64,000 nucleotides of DNA from Pseudomonadota bacterium (GTDB taxonomy: Bacteria > Bdellovibrionota_B > Oligoflexia > Oligoflexales > RGVZ01). Shown here in pieces: positions 46,376 through 55,537 of the stretch (its first letter is position 1; the number at the start of each line of letters is the position of its first letter). A model generated the notes under the pieces. The model was not told the origin of the DNA, ran no database searches, and saw only the letters and a program-made list of their open reading frames with translations. Made by a program: the position numbers and the translations under genes. The stretch spans positions 1 through 64,000 of the forward strand of contig JBEGVZ010000043.1 of the NCBI GenBank assembly GCA_041178085.1. The letters run 5' to 3'.

Positions 46376-46885
46376 ATGCCCAGCAGGTCCAAAAAGGACG
46401 CCAAACCAATGTCCAGTGACGAGGAAAATGTGCACCAGGAAACCCACGCGACCGAATCTTTTTCAGCCCCCGCAACTCCCAGCGAATCAGACGGCCTGAG
46501 CCTTCAGGTATCCAAGGCATTGCGCAAACGCCTCGAGCTCAGCGCACGTGAAGAGGGCGTCAGTGTGGAAGATCTCGCCTCCGAGCTTCTCGCCGAAGGC
46601 CTTGTGCTCCGCGCCTGGGAAATTGTCGAGCGTAAGAGTGCAATGCGCGGCGGCGGCAGCGGCCAGCAGCAACATCAGCAGCAGCAACGCCAAGGGAACA
46701 CCCGCCAAGGTCACCAAGGCCACGGCGGAGGAAACAACAAGCAAGGCCACGGCGGAGGCGGCAACAAGCACGGCGGCGGTCGCATGAACAAGCGCCATGC
46801 AGCCCACGCGACGTCCCTGAACCTGATGGAAGACAAAGCGGCGTTTCTGGAATACGTTCGCAACCAAGAGCGCAAGCAGCGCTGA
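46376..46885 (+). CDS. Hypothetical protein with a ribbon-helix-helix-like segment and a Q/G/H/N-rich low-complexity region
   Basis: LSLQVSKALRKRLELSAREEGVSVEDLASELL fits the CopG/RHH pattern; GAGG RBS; followed by a terminator. Confidence 0.75.
   Translation: MPSRSKKDAKPMSSDEENVHQETHATESFSAPATPSESDGLSLQVSKALRKRLELSAREEGVSVEDLASELLAEGLVLRAWEIVERKSAMRGGGSGQQQHQQQQRQGNTRQGHQGHGGGNNKQGHGGGGNKHGGGRMNKRHAAHATSLNLMEDKAAFLEYVRNQERKQR
46715..46768 (+). repeat. Two tandem 27-bp coding repeats (QGHGGGxNK)
   Basis: caaggccacggcggaggaaacaacaag followed by caaggccacggcggaggcggcaacaag. Confidence 0.85.
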
Positions 46886-46911
46886 TTCATCTCAAACCAG
46901 CTTTCGCACAT

Positions 46912-46946
46912 AAAAAAAACCAGGTCTCGCGACCTGGTTTTTTTTT
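46912..46946. terminator. Bidirectional intrinsic terminator
   Basis: AAAAAAAACCAGGTC-TCGC-GACCTGGTTTTTTTT between convergent genes. Confidence 0.9.
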
Positions 46947-46964
46947 CCCAAAAGCAACAACTTG

Positions 46965-47375
46965 TTAGTTGTTTGCTTTTTCCTTGAGAGTCTTCAGCGG
47001 GCGAATCTTGACAACGTTGCGGGCCGGCTTGGCCTTGAACATTGTTTCTTCACCGGTGAAGGGGTTGATGCCTTTGCGAGCCTTGGTTGCCGGCTTGTGA
47101 ACGCGGGTAACCTTCATGAGGCCTGGGATCGTGAACACGCCCGGACCTTTTTTGCCAATGTCCATTCCCATCATGTCCGTGAGGGTCTGGAACATCTGGC
47201 CGACATCTTTACGGCTCAAGCCGGTTTGAGCGGAAATAACGCTCATGATGTCGCTCTTGGTACGAGCACGAGAAACGCTCGGGATCGGGCCAACCTTGAC
47301 AGGCTTTGCAGCCGGTTTCGCCTTACCCTTGGCAACAGTCTTTACGGCCGTCTTCTTCTTTTTCTTTGCCGCCAT
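46965..47375 (-). CDS. HU family DNA-binding protein with a Lys/Ala-rich N-terminal tail
   Basis: TKSDI..I...TGLSRKDV, FTIPGL, KARKGINPFTGE..KAKPAR.VKIRP. Confidence 0.9.
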   Translation of the reverse strand: MAAKKKKKTAVKTVAKGKAKPAAKPVKVGPIPSVSRARTKSDIMSVISAQTGLSRKDVGQMFQTLTDMMGMDIGKKGPGVFTIPGLMKVTRVHKPATKARKGINPFTGEETMFKAKPARNVVKIRPLKTLKEKANN

Positions 47376-47458
47376 CTTTTTTTCTCCTCCATGGATTCAG
47401 ATGTACGTGATTTAGAAAAGATAGGGCGCAAATATCGAAAAATCAAGGAGCAAACTGA

Positions 47459-48646
47459 TCAATGTGCAGATTTTCCAGACGCAGCGCTTTGCCAAGAGGA
47501 CGGGTGTTCAATCATGAAGCGCACAAGAACGTGACCCAGATGCGTGTCAAACACCTCTGGCGCAAGCCTTTGCTGCATATCGCGGATCATGCTGCGGCCC
47601 GCTGGATCGAGTGACTCGAAGTATTTTTGCTTCAGCCTGTGGTACTGGCCACTACCGCCTGCTCGCATTTTTTTCAGCTCATCCGCAGCCACGAGCCGCA
47701 TTTTCGCGTGCAAGGTTCCATTCGCTTGTTCAGGGAGGGATGCTTCAACGCCAACATCGGACGCAATCACTGGCACGGAAAGCACAGGCGGGATAGTGGT
47801 CGGAGCCTGCGCACGCTGGGACTCGATCTCCCCGGGGATCTGCCCAGCCCGGGACGGATGCATGGTCCAAAGCACACGCAGGCACGGAGCGGAGCCACCC
47901 GCGCGCGGATGAAAAAGCACCGCACCATCATCGACAGAAGAAGTAATCACGCCGTGCCGGATGAGGCTTCGTCCAAGTCCAGCCAGGCATTTCAATACAC
48001 CCGGCAGGGATTGTCCGGACTGCAAAGGAAGATCCATCTGCACGCAACCGTCCAGGCGTACCCAGTTGAATTGCCATCTGGCGGACGCTTCAAGCACCAG
48101 AAGCCAAGACCTTTCCGCTGCGCCCAGTTCCCGCCACAAGGCCGCGGGAAACGTCAGGGCCGGGTGTTCAACACCAGCGCCTCCAAGAAGGATGCGGTCC
48201 ATTCCATTTCCGGCAACAAGCCGTGCGCAGTAGCCACTGCCAATTGACTGCGTCCGTTTGAGCAAAATCTCACCCGTGAAAAACGGCTGGACGGGCTGGG
48301 CTTCCAGCGAACCAGCGTGTCCCTCCCGAGACATGAGTCGCAGCCCGAACGCGTGCGCACAAAAGTCGCCTGCCACGTCCCGCAACTCATCCGGCAGGAT
48401 GCTCCGCAAGGATGCAAGGTCCAGATGAAACTGCTCCGGACTTGATGGATCACGAGCCCAGGTCCCGATCACCCAGGGCAGCAATTGAAGCTCGGTTTGG
48501 GAAAGCCCCACAGGAGCAAGGCCGCAGGCATATGGGGACAGAATCTCAGCATGACCTGGCACGCATGCGAGGGACGCCGCAAGCCATGCGGGGATGACCA
48601 CATTTCCCGGAGGAAACGGCAGATTTGGAACCTGGTTCTCGGACAT
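47459..48646 (-). CDS. Hypothetical protein (395 aa)
   Basis: Long ORF in a co-oriented run; no recognisable family motif. Confidence 0.65.
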   Translation of the reverse strand: MSENQVPNLPFPPGNVVIPAWLAASLACVPGHAEILSPYACGLAPVGLSQTELQLLPWVIGTWARDPSSPEQFHLDLASLRSILPDELRDVAGDFCAHAFGLRLMSREGHAGSLEAQPVQPFFTGEILLKRTQSIGSGYCARLVAGNGMDRILLGGAGVEHPALTFPAALWRELGAAERSWLLVLEASARWQFNWVRLDGCVQMDLPLQSGQSLPGVLKCLAGLGRSLIRHGVITSSVDDGAVLFHPRAGGSAPCLRVLWTMHPSRAGQIPGEIESQRAQAPTTIPPVLSVPVIASDVGVEASLPEQANGTLHAKMRLVAADELKKMRAGGSGQYHRLKQKYFESLDPAGRSMIRDMQQRLAPEVFDTHLGHVLVRFMIEHPSSWQSAASGKSAH

Positions 48647-48690
48647 GGCGCAAGGAAAACACAGCCGTGCCCCACCGTCAACGCCGAGCC

Positions 48691-49377
48691 TTAACCACCT
48701 TTGCCAGAACCTGCAGGGCGCTCAAGGGTGGCAGACAGGACCTCTCCACAACGTCTTGTTTCAACACCGGATTCACGCTTGAGAAGGCGGGCGGAATCCT
48801 GCAAGGCCATCTCGTACTGGTCCCGGGGGAACAGGACCAGAACATGGATGTTGTAGACATATCCTGCCTTGACAACCCTTTCGTTGCCGGAATCGGGTGC
48901 TTCAACCTTCTCGTAATAAATGTCCGCAACCCGGGCGGTCGCACCGAACTGTTTCTTGACGGAAGAGCCGACCACTTCACTGATACGAGTGTTGCCGGGC
49001 TGCGAGAGGTCCAGTTTGCAGGATTCAGCGACCCGCTTGCGGGCGGCTTCGATGATTGCCACCTCACTGAGCTGGGTGGCGGATAGCTGGGCTTTCTTGA
49101 CGCCAAGGGGCAGGTCCATTTCGTCAATCAGGACGCCGTGAAACTGGTAACCAGTCTCCTGCCAGGTCAGCTGGGAGGGCTTGACCGACACCCATGGCGG
49201 GGTCTGTTCCTTGCTCTTCTCAAGCACCCGCGGACCAAAGAACCCGCTGACCGAGAAGCAGCCTTGAAGGAAGCCTCCCGACAAAGCTACCAGCAATCCC
49301 CGCTGAGCTGCGGACTTCAATGTTCTCAATGTGCAACGCAACATCCAGTCAACTCCCCGGAATCTTTCCGACATCAC
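48691..49377 (-). CDS. Hypothetical lipoprotein (LPP20-like)
   Basis: Lipobox FLQGC followed by TPPWV, and YYEK..YNIHVLV; start uncertain. Confidence 0.65.
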   Translation of the reverse strand: MMSERFRGVDWMLRCTLRTLKSAAQRGLLVALSGGFLQGCFSVSGFFGPRVLEKSKEQTPPWVSVKPSQLTWQETGYQFHGVLIDEMDLPLGVKKAQLSATQLSEVAIIEAARKRVAESCKLDLSQPGNTRISEVVGSSVKKQFGATARVADIYYEKVEAPDSGNERVVKAGYVYNIHVLVLFPRDQYEMALQDSARLLKRESGVETRRCGEVLSATLERPAGSGKGG

Positions 49378-49574
49378 AGCTTGTTCATCTTGCGGATGGC
49401 CTTCATCTTGTCCAGGACACGCTGGCGAAGGGACGGATTCTCGTCAAGGATCAGTTTCAAGATCTCGACTTCGTCCTGGGTGCCACGGTCCTTTTCAGCA
49501 ACCAGGCTTCTGCCAAAAGACCTGTTTTTTTTCTTGTCGTTTGTCGAATCAGCCACGGCTTCCCCCTTGTTCAC
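49374..49574 (-). CDS. Small hypothetical protein
   Basis: 4-bp overlaps with both neighbours, consistent with translational coupling. Confidence 0.6.
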   Translation of the reverse strand: MNKGEAVADSTNDKKKNRSFGRSLVAEKDRGTQDEVEILKLILDENPSLRQRVLDKMKAIRKMNKL

Positions 49575-50341
49575 ATCAAATGATAGACCAGCCCGGCACC
49601 AATCCAGCGATCGTATCGCTCAAGCGAGGCATTGACCGGCTTGCCCTCTGGGCTGCGCGGCTTACGGTACTTCTGGTACCTGTCATGGTACCCGGCACGG
49701 ATGGCAAGCGGCAGGGATACAAAGATGTCCATTGCGGCAGCCACTTCATAGGACTCCATCGTCATGGATATCTCGACATCCTGATCCACACCGTCCGACT
49801 CGACGAGGCCATCGTATCTTTCTAGATTGACGCCGCCGGACAAAAGTCCACGAACCGCTGGGGAAAAGTTGTAGACGAAGCCAGCGACCAAACCCGGATA
49901 AATGAAGGAAGTCGGTGGCTTGACAGGCTCTGAGCTGCCTGTCCTGGTGTATGTAGCTCCCATGCTACTGCCGAGGAAATAGCCGAAACCTTCGTAAATC
50001 TGCAGGTGGTAGGTGTATTCCGCCCGGGCCCAAGCGCCGTCGTCAGCGACCGTGCGATCCTTTACCGTGCCCATGGAGTGAACATTCCAGCTACCACGGG
50101 TGTAACCGCTGGTGGCGGCAAAATTGTGCTCCCGGCGAAAGCCACGAACAACCCTTTCCCATCGTGTAAAGCCGGGATTTGCCAGATCGATCGTGTCAAA
50201 ACCGGAAGCGAGGTCATCCCCCCCAACCACGGATGCCGGCGGGGGCTGAGCCAAGGCCAGACGGGGTGCCGAACCGGTAAAAAGCGCTAAAACCAGCAAG
50301 CACCGGCCGGGCAAAACAGAGGCTTTGACAATTTCGGGCAT
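49571..50341 (-). CDS. Hypothetical outer-membrane beta-barrel protein
   Basis: Signal peptide (ALA-Q), alternating aromatic beta strands, C-terminal GAGLVYHLM. Confidence 0.65.
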   Translation of the reverse strand: MPEIVKASVLPGRCLLVLALFTGSAPRLALAQPPPASVVGGDDLASGFDTIDLANPGFTRWERVVRGFRREHNFAATSGYTRGSWNVHSMGTVKDRTVADDGAWARAEYTYHLQIYEGFGYFLGSSMGATYTRTGSSEPVKPPTSFIYPGLVAGFVYNFSPAVRGLLSGGVNLERYDGLVESDGVDQDVEISMTMESYEVAAAMDIFVSLPLAIRAGYHDRYQKYRKPRSPEGKPVNASLERYDRWIGAGLVYHLM

Positions 50342-50402
50342 CCAGAGCAATGAAGTATCCGCGTGGAATCTTGATGACCATTATAACCGGAAAGTCGCGA
50401 AC

Positions 50403-51551
50403 ATGCAGGGAAATGAGACTTCGACCAGCCAAATGGACCCGATCGCCGTCCTGATCAACGGAGACCCCTTCCTTGCGATCCTGGTCGCCGTGGCAGTCCT
50501 GTTGGCACTGGTGGCAATCACCGGACTGCTAATCCGCCGCGCAAGGATGCGACACGACGAAGCAGATCTGTCAGAGGCAATGCAAAAAGACTTTATCGCT
50601 GCGCCGGCACCGCCTGCCAGCATGCCGGTTACAGCAGCTGCTGAAAGCTGGCAGGACCGCCTGAGCTCCGGGCTATCAAGAACCCGCGCCGCACTTTCGG
50701 CCACCCTTTCTGCTTTGTTCCCGGCGGGAGCAAAGCTGGGCGACGCTCTGCTGGAACAGGTACACGAGGCACTTTACCGGGCAGATCTTGGCGTCAAAAC
50801 CACGGACCTGCTGGTGGAGGAACTGCGCCGCGAGTTCGGCGGCAAACAGGACGCCGGATGGGACTCGGTCAGGCCATTCCTCGTTGACCGCATGAAGTCT
50901 ATTTTTGCAACCGCTCCAGCCGCTGATTCGGTGCCAGAAGTCCACCCCAAGGTAATCCTCGTGGTCGGCGTAAATGGTGCCGGCAAGACCACAACCATCG
51001 GTAAACTGGCAGCCTGGTACAGCAGTCACGGGAAAAAAGTACTGCTCGGCGCTGGAGATACCTTTCGCGCAGCAGCCATTGAACAATTAGAGAAATGGGC
51101 GGAGAGAACGGGCTCAGACCTGGTCCGGCAGCCTGCCGGTTCCGATCCAGCGGCGGTGGCCTTCGATGCGGTCAAGGCGGGCAAGGCACGGGGAGCTGAC
51201 GTGATCATCATTGACACGGCGGGTCGCCTGCACAGCAAAGAAGACCTGATGGCCGAACTGGGTAAAATCAACCGCAGCATCGGCAAGGAGATGCCTGGGG
51301 CTCCGCATGAAACCCTTCTCGTGATCGATGCGACGACGGGGCAAAACGCAGTCCAGCAAGTGCGCGCATTCAGCGAAGTGGTGCCTCTGACGGGGCTCGT
51401 GGCCACCAAACTGGACGGTACGGCGAAAGGTGGTGTGCTGGTTGGCATCGCGCACCAGTTCAAGGTCCCGGTACGCTTCATCGGCATCGGCGAAAAAACG
51501 GACGATCTGCGCCCGTTTGATGCTGGTGCATTCGTCTCCGCGATTGTCTGA
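50403..51551 (+). CDS. ftsY: SRP receptor FtsY with an N-terminal TM anchor
   Basis: GVNGAGKTTTIGKLA, DTFRAAA, DTAGR, DATTGQN, TKLDGTAKGG; start uncertain. Confidence 0.96.
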   Translation: MQGNETSTSQMDPIAVLINGDPFLAILVAVAVLLALVAITGLLIRRARMRHDEADLSEAMQKDFIAAPAPPASMPVTAAAESWQDRLSSGLSRTRAALSATLSALFPAGAKLGDALLEQVHEALYRADLGVKTTDLLVEELRREFGGKQDAGWDSVRPFLVDRMKSIFATAPAADSVPEVHPKVILVVGVNGAGKTTTIGKLAAWYSSHGKKVLLGAGDTFRAAAIEQLEKWAERTGSDLVRQPAGSDPAAVAFDAVKAGKARGADVIIIDTAGRLHSKEDLMAELGKINRSIGKEMPGAPHETLLVIDATTGQNAVQQVRAFSEVVPLTGLVATKLDGTAKGGVLVGIAHQFKVPVRFIGIGEKTDDLRPFDAGAFVSAIV

Positions 51552-51618
51552 CGAGGACCGCAGTTTACCCGGAAGTAAATGAGGACCGCAGACAAGGAAC
51601 AACGCAGCAGATGACCCT
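51552..51618. repeat. Truncated 67-bp copy of the internal/right part of the adjacent MITE-like element
   Basis: Direct repeat of 51673-51739 with 3 mismatches. Confidence 0.85.
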
Positions 51619-51631
51619 TAAGACTCAAAAG

Positions 51632-51753
51632 CCGGATGCTGAGATAGGGTCAGATGCAAGGCGTGACGTTGTCGAGGACCGCAGTTTACCCGGAAGTAAA
51701 TGAGGACCGGAGACAAGGAGCAACGCCGCAGATGACCCTATCTCGGCATCCGG
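51632..51753. mobile_element. 122-bp MITE/REP-like element with 21-bp terminal inverted repeats
   Basis: CCGGATGCTGAGATAGGGTCA (51632-51652) versus TGACCCTATCTCGGCATCCGG (51733-51753), 1 mismatch; non-coding; between convergent genes. Confidence 0.7.
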
Positions 51754-52533
51754 TCAGGATTCAAAGGACTCGGTCTTGAAATGATCCCCGGCCACCCCAT
51801 TGGCCAACGCATGCGCACGAGCCATGTCCATCATTTGCTGGGGACCACAAGACATGAAGGTGGTGGAGGCATATTCGCCACCAATTGCTTCCCTGAGCAT
51901 CTCCTCACTGATGCGACCATAAAGGAAACCTTCTTTTTCCGCGTGCTCCCGCGATAGCGACACGAGCACCCGGCAACCAGGGAAAGTCTTTATCTCCTGC
52001 AGGGCATCCCAGCAGATCAAATCCTTGGTTGAGCGGTAAGAGACAAGCAGCGTCATACGCTCAGGTGCGCCCGGCTTGCCCAGATTGTTGGAAAATTCGC
52101 GCATGATGCTGACAAACGGGGTGACGCCACTGCCAGCAGCGATCATGAACAAATGCTTCATGTCATGCTCCGGGTCATAGCAAAAACGCCCGATCGGACC
52201 GCGAGCGCGCAGGATGCTCCCTTGGCGGACATTGTCACAGAGCCAGTTGCTGATCAGGCCCTTTTCGACCCGCTTGACAGTGAAAGCGATGTGATCTGCC
52301 TGACAGGGTGAACTGGACATCGTGTAACTGCGAACAACCGGCTTGTCCCCGACATTGTCAAAGCGGAAGGTCAGGTACTGGCCAGAGATATAATCGAAAG
52401 CGCGAACACCATCTTCGGCGTCCACCATCAAGAAAGTGTCCGTATCCGGAGTCTCGTGGATGACATGCGTAACCCGGAGGTTCATCCAGCCACGCTTCAC
52501 GCGGCGTTCCGTTGACGGTGCAAAAATATTCAA
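51754..52533 (-). CDS. FAD/NAD(P)-binding ferredoxin reductase-type oxidoreductase (no 2Fe-2S domain)
   Basis: GQYLT, RSYTMSS, GLISNWL, GPIGRF, AAGSGVTP, CGP, ESF. Confidence 0.88.
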   Translation of the reverse strand: MNIFAPSTERRVKRGWMNLRVTHVIHETPDTDTFLMVDAEDGVRAFDYISGQYLTFRFDNVGDKPVVRSYTMSSSPCQADHIAFTVKRVEKGLISNWLCDNVRQGSILRARGPIGRFCYDPEHDMKHLFMIAAGSGVTPFVSIMREFSNNLGKPGAPERMTLLVSYRSTKDLICWDALQEIKTFPGCRVLVSLSREHAEKEGFLYGRISEEMLREAIGGEYASTTFMSCGPQQMMDMARAHALANGVAGDHFKTESFES

Positions 52534-52573
52534 GGCAAGACTCCCACAGGAAAAATTAGGCAGCGCGTTGCGT

Positions 52574-53524
52574 CTAAAGTCTGGACTGCAATGTTTTCAC
52601 AGCCATTGCATATTCGTTTTCAAGCCGGGCCACAAGATCGGCACAGGTCGGGACATCCCGGACCATTGAACAAGCTTGACCGATTTCCAGCTCCCCACTG
52701 GACATGTCACCATCGAGCATCCCTGCCTTGGCGCGCCCTTTGCCCAGGTGAGCCGCCAGCTCCTCTGGACTCGCGCAGCGGGACTCCAAGGCACGGACTT
52801 CCTCATAAAACTGGTTTTTCAGCAATCTGACCGGGACCAGCTGCTTCATCATCAGAAAAGTTGAATCGGGTCGCGCACTGACGATCGCCCGCTTGAAATT
52901 TTCGTGTGCGCTGGATTCCACAGTGGCAGCAAATCGGGTGCCAATCTGGACTCCCCGGGCGCCCAAGGCCATGGCCGCTGCGATTCCGCGACCATCGGCA
53001 ATGCCGCCTGCTGCGATGACCGGGATCTTCACGGCATCGACTACCTGCGGGATCAGGACCAGAGTGGTGATCTCGTCACGACCGTTATGTCCGCCGGCTT
53101 CAAAACCCTCTGCAACGACCGCATCGCACCCTGCGTCCTCGCATTTTTTCGCCAGGTCGGGCGTTGAGGTGACGTGGACCACGACGCAGCCATGGCTTTT
53201 CAGCATCGGGGTCAATTTTTTAGGGCTGCCAGCAGACGTGAAAAAAATTCGCACGCCGGCATCCAGCGCAACCCTCACCTGATCCTCGACCCCCGAATAA
53301 AGCAAGGGCAGGTTGATGCCAAAAGGCTTTTGCGTGAGCGCCTTGCACTTCTCAATGTGATGCTTGAGCAGGTCAGGCTTCATCGAACCGGCACCGATCA
53401 AACCCAGAGCCCCTGCGTTACTCGCTGCGGCCGCGAGCTTGCCCCCAGAAACCCAGACCATGCCTGCCTGGACAATCGGCAGGCGCGTGCCCAGGAGGGA
53501 GTTCAAGGCACTTGTGTCATTCAT
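52574..53524 (-). CDS. Nitronate monooxygenase / FabK-like flavoprotein
   Basis: PIVQAGM, AEGFEAGGH, IAAGGIADGRG, GVQIGTRF. Confidence 0.88.
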   Translation of the reverse strand: MNDTSALNSLLGTRLPIVQAGMVWVSGGKLAAAASNAGALGLIGAGSMKPDLLKHHIEKCKALTQKPFGINLPLLYSGVEDQVRVALDAGVRIFFTSAGSPKKLTPMLKSHGCVVVHVTSTPDLAKKCEDAGCDAVVAEGFEAGGHNGRDEITTLVLIPQVVDAVKIPVIAAGGIADGRGIAAAMALGARGVQIGTRFAATVESSAHENFKRAIVSARPDSTFLMMKQLVPVRLLKNQFYEEVRALESRCASPEELAAHLGKGRAKAGMLDGDMSSGELEIGQACSMVRDVPTCADLVARLENEYAMAVKTLQSRL

Positions 53525-53638
53525 TCGAAGCCCTCACAATAAAATCACATGAAATTCGTATAAAATAGTCGCCGCAAGCGGGCCTATGAGATATTAAACA
53601 GGCCCGTTGATTGGTGCCAACAAACTACCGGACCGGAC

Positions 53639-54553
53639 GTGGAAAAACCAGCCCGTCAAACCTCAGAAAACGCTTATAAATTGCTGGACTGCGGCAATTT
53701 CATGAAGCTTGAACAAGTCGGCCCGTGGCGCATCGCGCGTCCAGCAGCCCAGGCCGTCTGGCGCCCGCGCTTGCCAGAAAGCGACTGGCGGCGGGTCGAT
53801 GCCAGCTTTGAACGCTTCAAGGGAGGGGACGGCAAATGGACCGTCCACAACCGGAAGCTTCCAGCGAACTGGCTGCTGCCTTGCGGACCCGTGACACTGA
53901 ACGTCAAGCTGACGGATTTTGGCCACCTCGGGATTTTTGCCGAGCAAGACCGCAACTGGCCGCGCCTCGTAGAATTGGTCGAAGACGGGATCCGAAAAGG
54001 CAAACGGGACGCCGCGAAACCCTTCCAGGTCCTAAACCTCTTTGCCTACACGGGTGGATCAAGCCTCGCCTGTGCGCGGGGAGGCGCTCATGTGGTGCAC
54101 GTTGACGCATCAAAGACCAGTGTCGCCTGGGCGCGCGAAAATGCCGAAGTTTCGAAGCTTTCCGACCACCCCATCCGGTGGATCGTCGATGATGTGCGGA
54201 AATTCGTCCAGCGTGAAGTACGCCGCGGATCGCGTTACCACGGAATCATCCTGGACCCCCCGACCTACGGACGCGGTGCTAAGGGAGAGATTTGGCAGAT
54301 TGAAGAACACCTTCCCCCACTTCTTGACGACCTTGAGCAGATCCTTGCAGAAGATTTTACGTTCGTCATGCTGTGCGCACATTCCAACGGTTACACGCCG
54401 CTTGCGCTCAAGAACCTTGTGCAAGACATGCTGAAGGGCAGAAAGAACCTTCGCTGTGAACACTTCGCGGAGGAAATGGTGATCGAGGAATCACAATCCG
54501 TCCCCCCGCGCATGCTGCCCAGTGGTGCAATGTGCCTGACCGTATCGAAGTAA
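53639..54553 (+). CDS. Class I SAM-dependent methyltransferase (RlmI/RlmK-like)
   Basis: HLGIFAEQ, VLNLFAYTGG, VDAS, IILDPPTYG. Confidence 0.85.
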   Translation: MEKPARQTSENAYKLLDCGNFMKLEQVGPWRIARPAAQAVWRPRLPESDWRRVDASFERFKGGDGKWTVHNRKLPANWLLPCGPVTLNVKLTDFGHLGIFAEQDRNWPRLVELVEDGIRKGKRDAAKPFQVLNLFAYTGGSSLACARGGAHVVHVDASKTSVAWARENAEVSKLSDHPIRWIVDDVRKFVQREVRRGSRYHGIILDPPTYGRGAKGEIWQIEEHLPPLLDDLEQILAEDFTFVMLCAHSNGYTPLALKNLVQDMLKGRKNLRCEHFAEEMVIEESQSVPPRMLPSGAMCLTVSK

Positions 54554-55377
54554 TCACCAGCCCTCAAAACGCAAAGTTGAAGGCCCTCGCGGCCTTGCGC
54601 GAACGCAAGGAACGGACTGCAACCGGTCTTTGCCTGGTGGAGGGGGCGCGCGAAATCCTGATGGCGGCGGCCGGGGGTTACGACATCGAGTCCCTGTTTT
54701 TCTGCCCCGCTGAAATCGAGCCCGCAAGTGACGCCGAAAAAGTCCTGACAAAAACCGCGCAGATTGCCCGGCAACGCTTTGAGCTTTCCCCGGTTGCCTT
54801 CGCCAAGGTCGCCATGCGAGAAGGGCGGGACGGCGTGATTGCCACTGTCCGCACCCGGACTTGGACCTGGGATGAGGTGTTTGGAGGCGCACCGGCTGAT
54901 GAAAAAAAACCAGCGCTGATCCTTGCTGCCCAGAATGTCGAAAAACCCGGGAATCTTGGCGCACTGCTGCGCACTGCGGAAGCAGCCGGCTTGAATGCAT
55001 TGGTCACCCTGGATGAAGCCGTGGACGTGTGGAATCCCAATGCGATTCGCGCGAGCCTTGGCTGTGCGTTCAGGGTACCCGTGCTGCAACTTTCCTCTGA
55101 GGAATTTGTGCGGAAGTGCAGGGCGACAGGATTGAAGACGGTCGCCGCCGCACTGGCGCCAGGTAGCAAGCCACATCACGATATCGACATGCGTGAGTCC
55201 GTTGCGATTGTCATGGGCGCAGAGGCTTCTGGACTTTCACCATGGTGGCTCGAAAATGCAGATGTGACAGCCGTAATTCCGATGCTTGGAGAGGTCGATT
55301 CCATGAACGTCTCCGTCGCCGCAGGAATCATGGTGTTCGAAGCTCTACGCCAACGCAGACAACAGCAAAAACAATAG
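54532..55377 (+). CDS. TrmH/SpoU family RNA methyltransferase
   Basis: ITSPQN, EKPGNLGALLRTA, IRASLG, VMGAEASG, IPM.G..DSMNVSVA. Confidence 0.92.
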   Translation: MPDRIEVITSPQNAKLKALAALRERKERTATGLCLVEGAREILMAAAGGYDIESLFFCPAEIEPASDAEKVLTKTAQIARQRFELSPVAFAKVAMREGRDGVIATVRTRTWTWDEVFGGAPADEKKPALILAAQNVEKPGNLGALLRTAEAAGLNALVTLDEAVDVWNPNAIRASLGCAFRVPVLQLSSEEFVRKCRATGLKTVAAALAPGSKPHHDIDMRESVAIVMGAEASGLSPWWLENADVTAVIPMLGEVDSMNVSVAAGIMVFEALRQRRQQQKQ

Positions 55378-55537
55378 AACCAATAATATCGATATCTTAA
55401 TCCCGCGCACAGGACGCGACACTAAGACCTTTCAAGCTTCGTGTACCTTCGGCCGATCTCCCCTGTGCCATCCCTGCCAAGGGAAACGGACGATGGCACT
55501 GTCTGGGCTGGGGGCAATGCCGGTCAGCTGGAAGTCA

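Noticed and set aside
47459..48646. Considered a degenerate replication-initiator protein
   Set aside because: No diagnostic motif or iterons visible; cannot be supported without a profile search.
51552..51739. Direct repeats considered as a mini CRISPR array
   Set aside because: Only two 67-bp copies, nested in a TIR-bounded element; no spacer periodicity and no cas genes.
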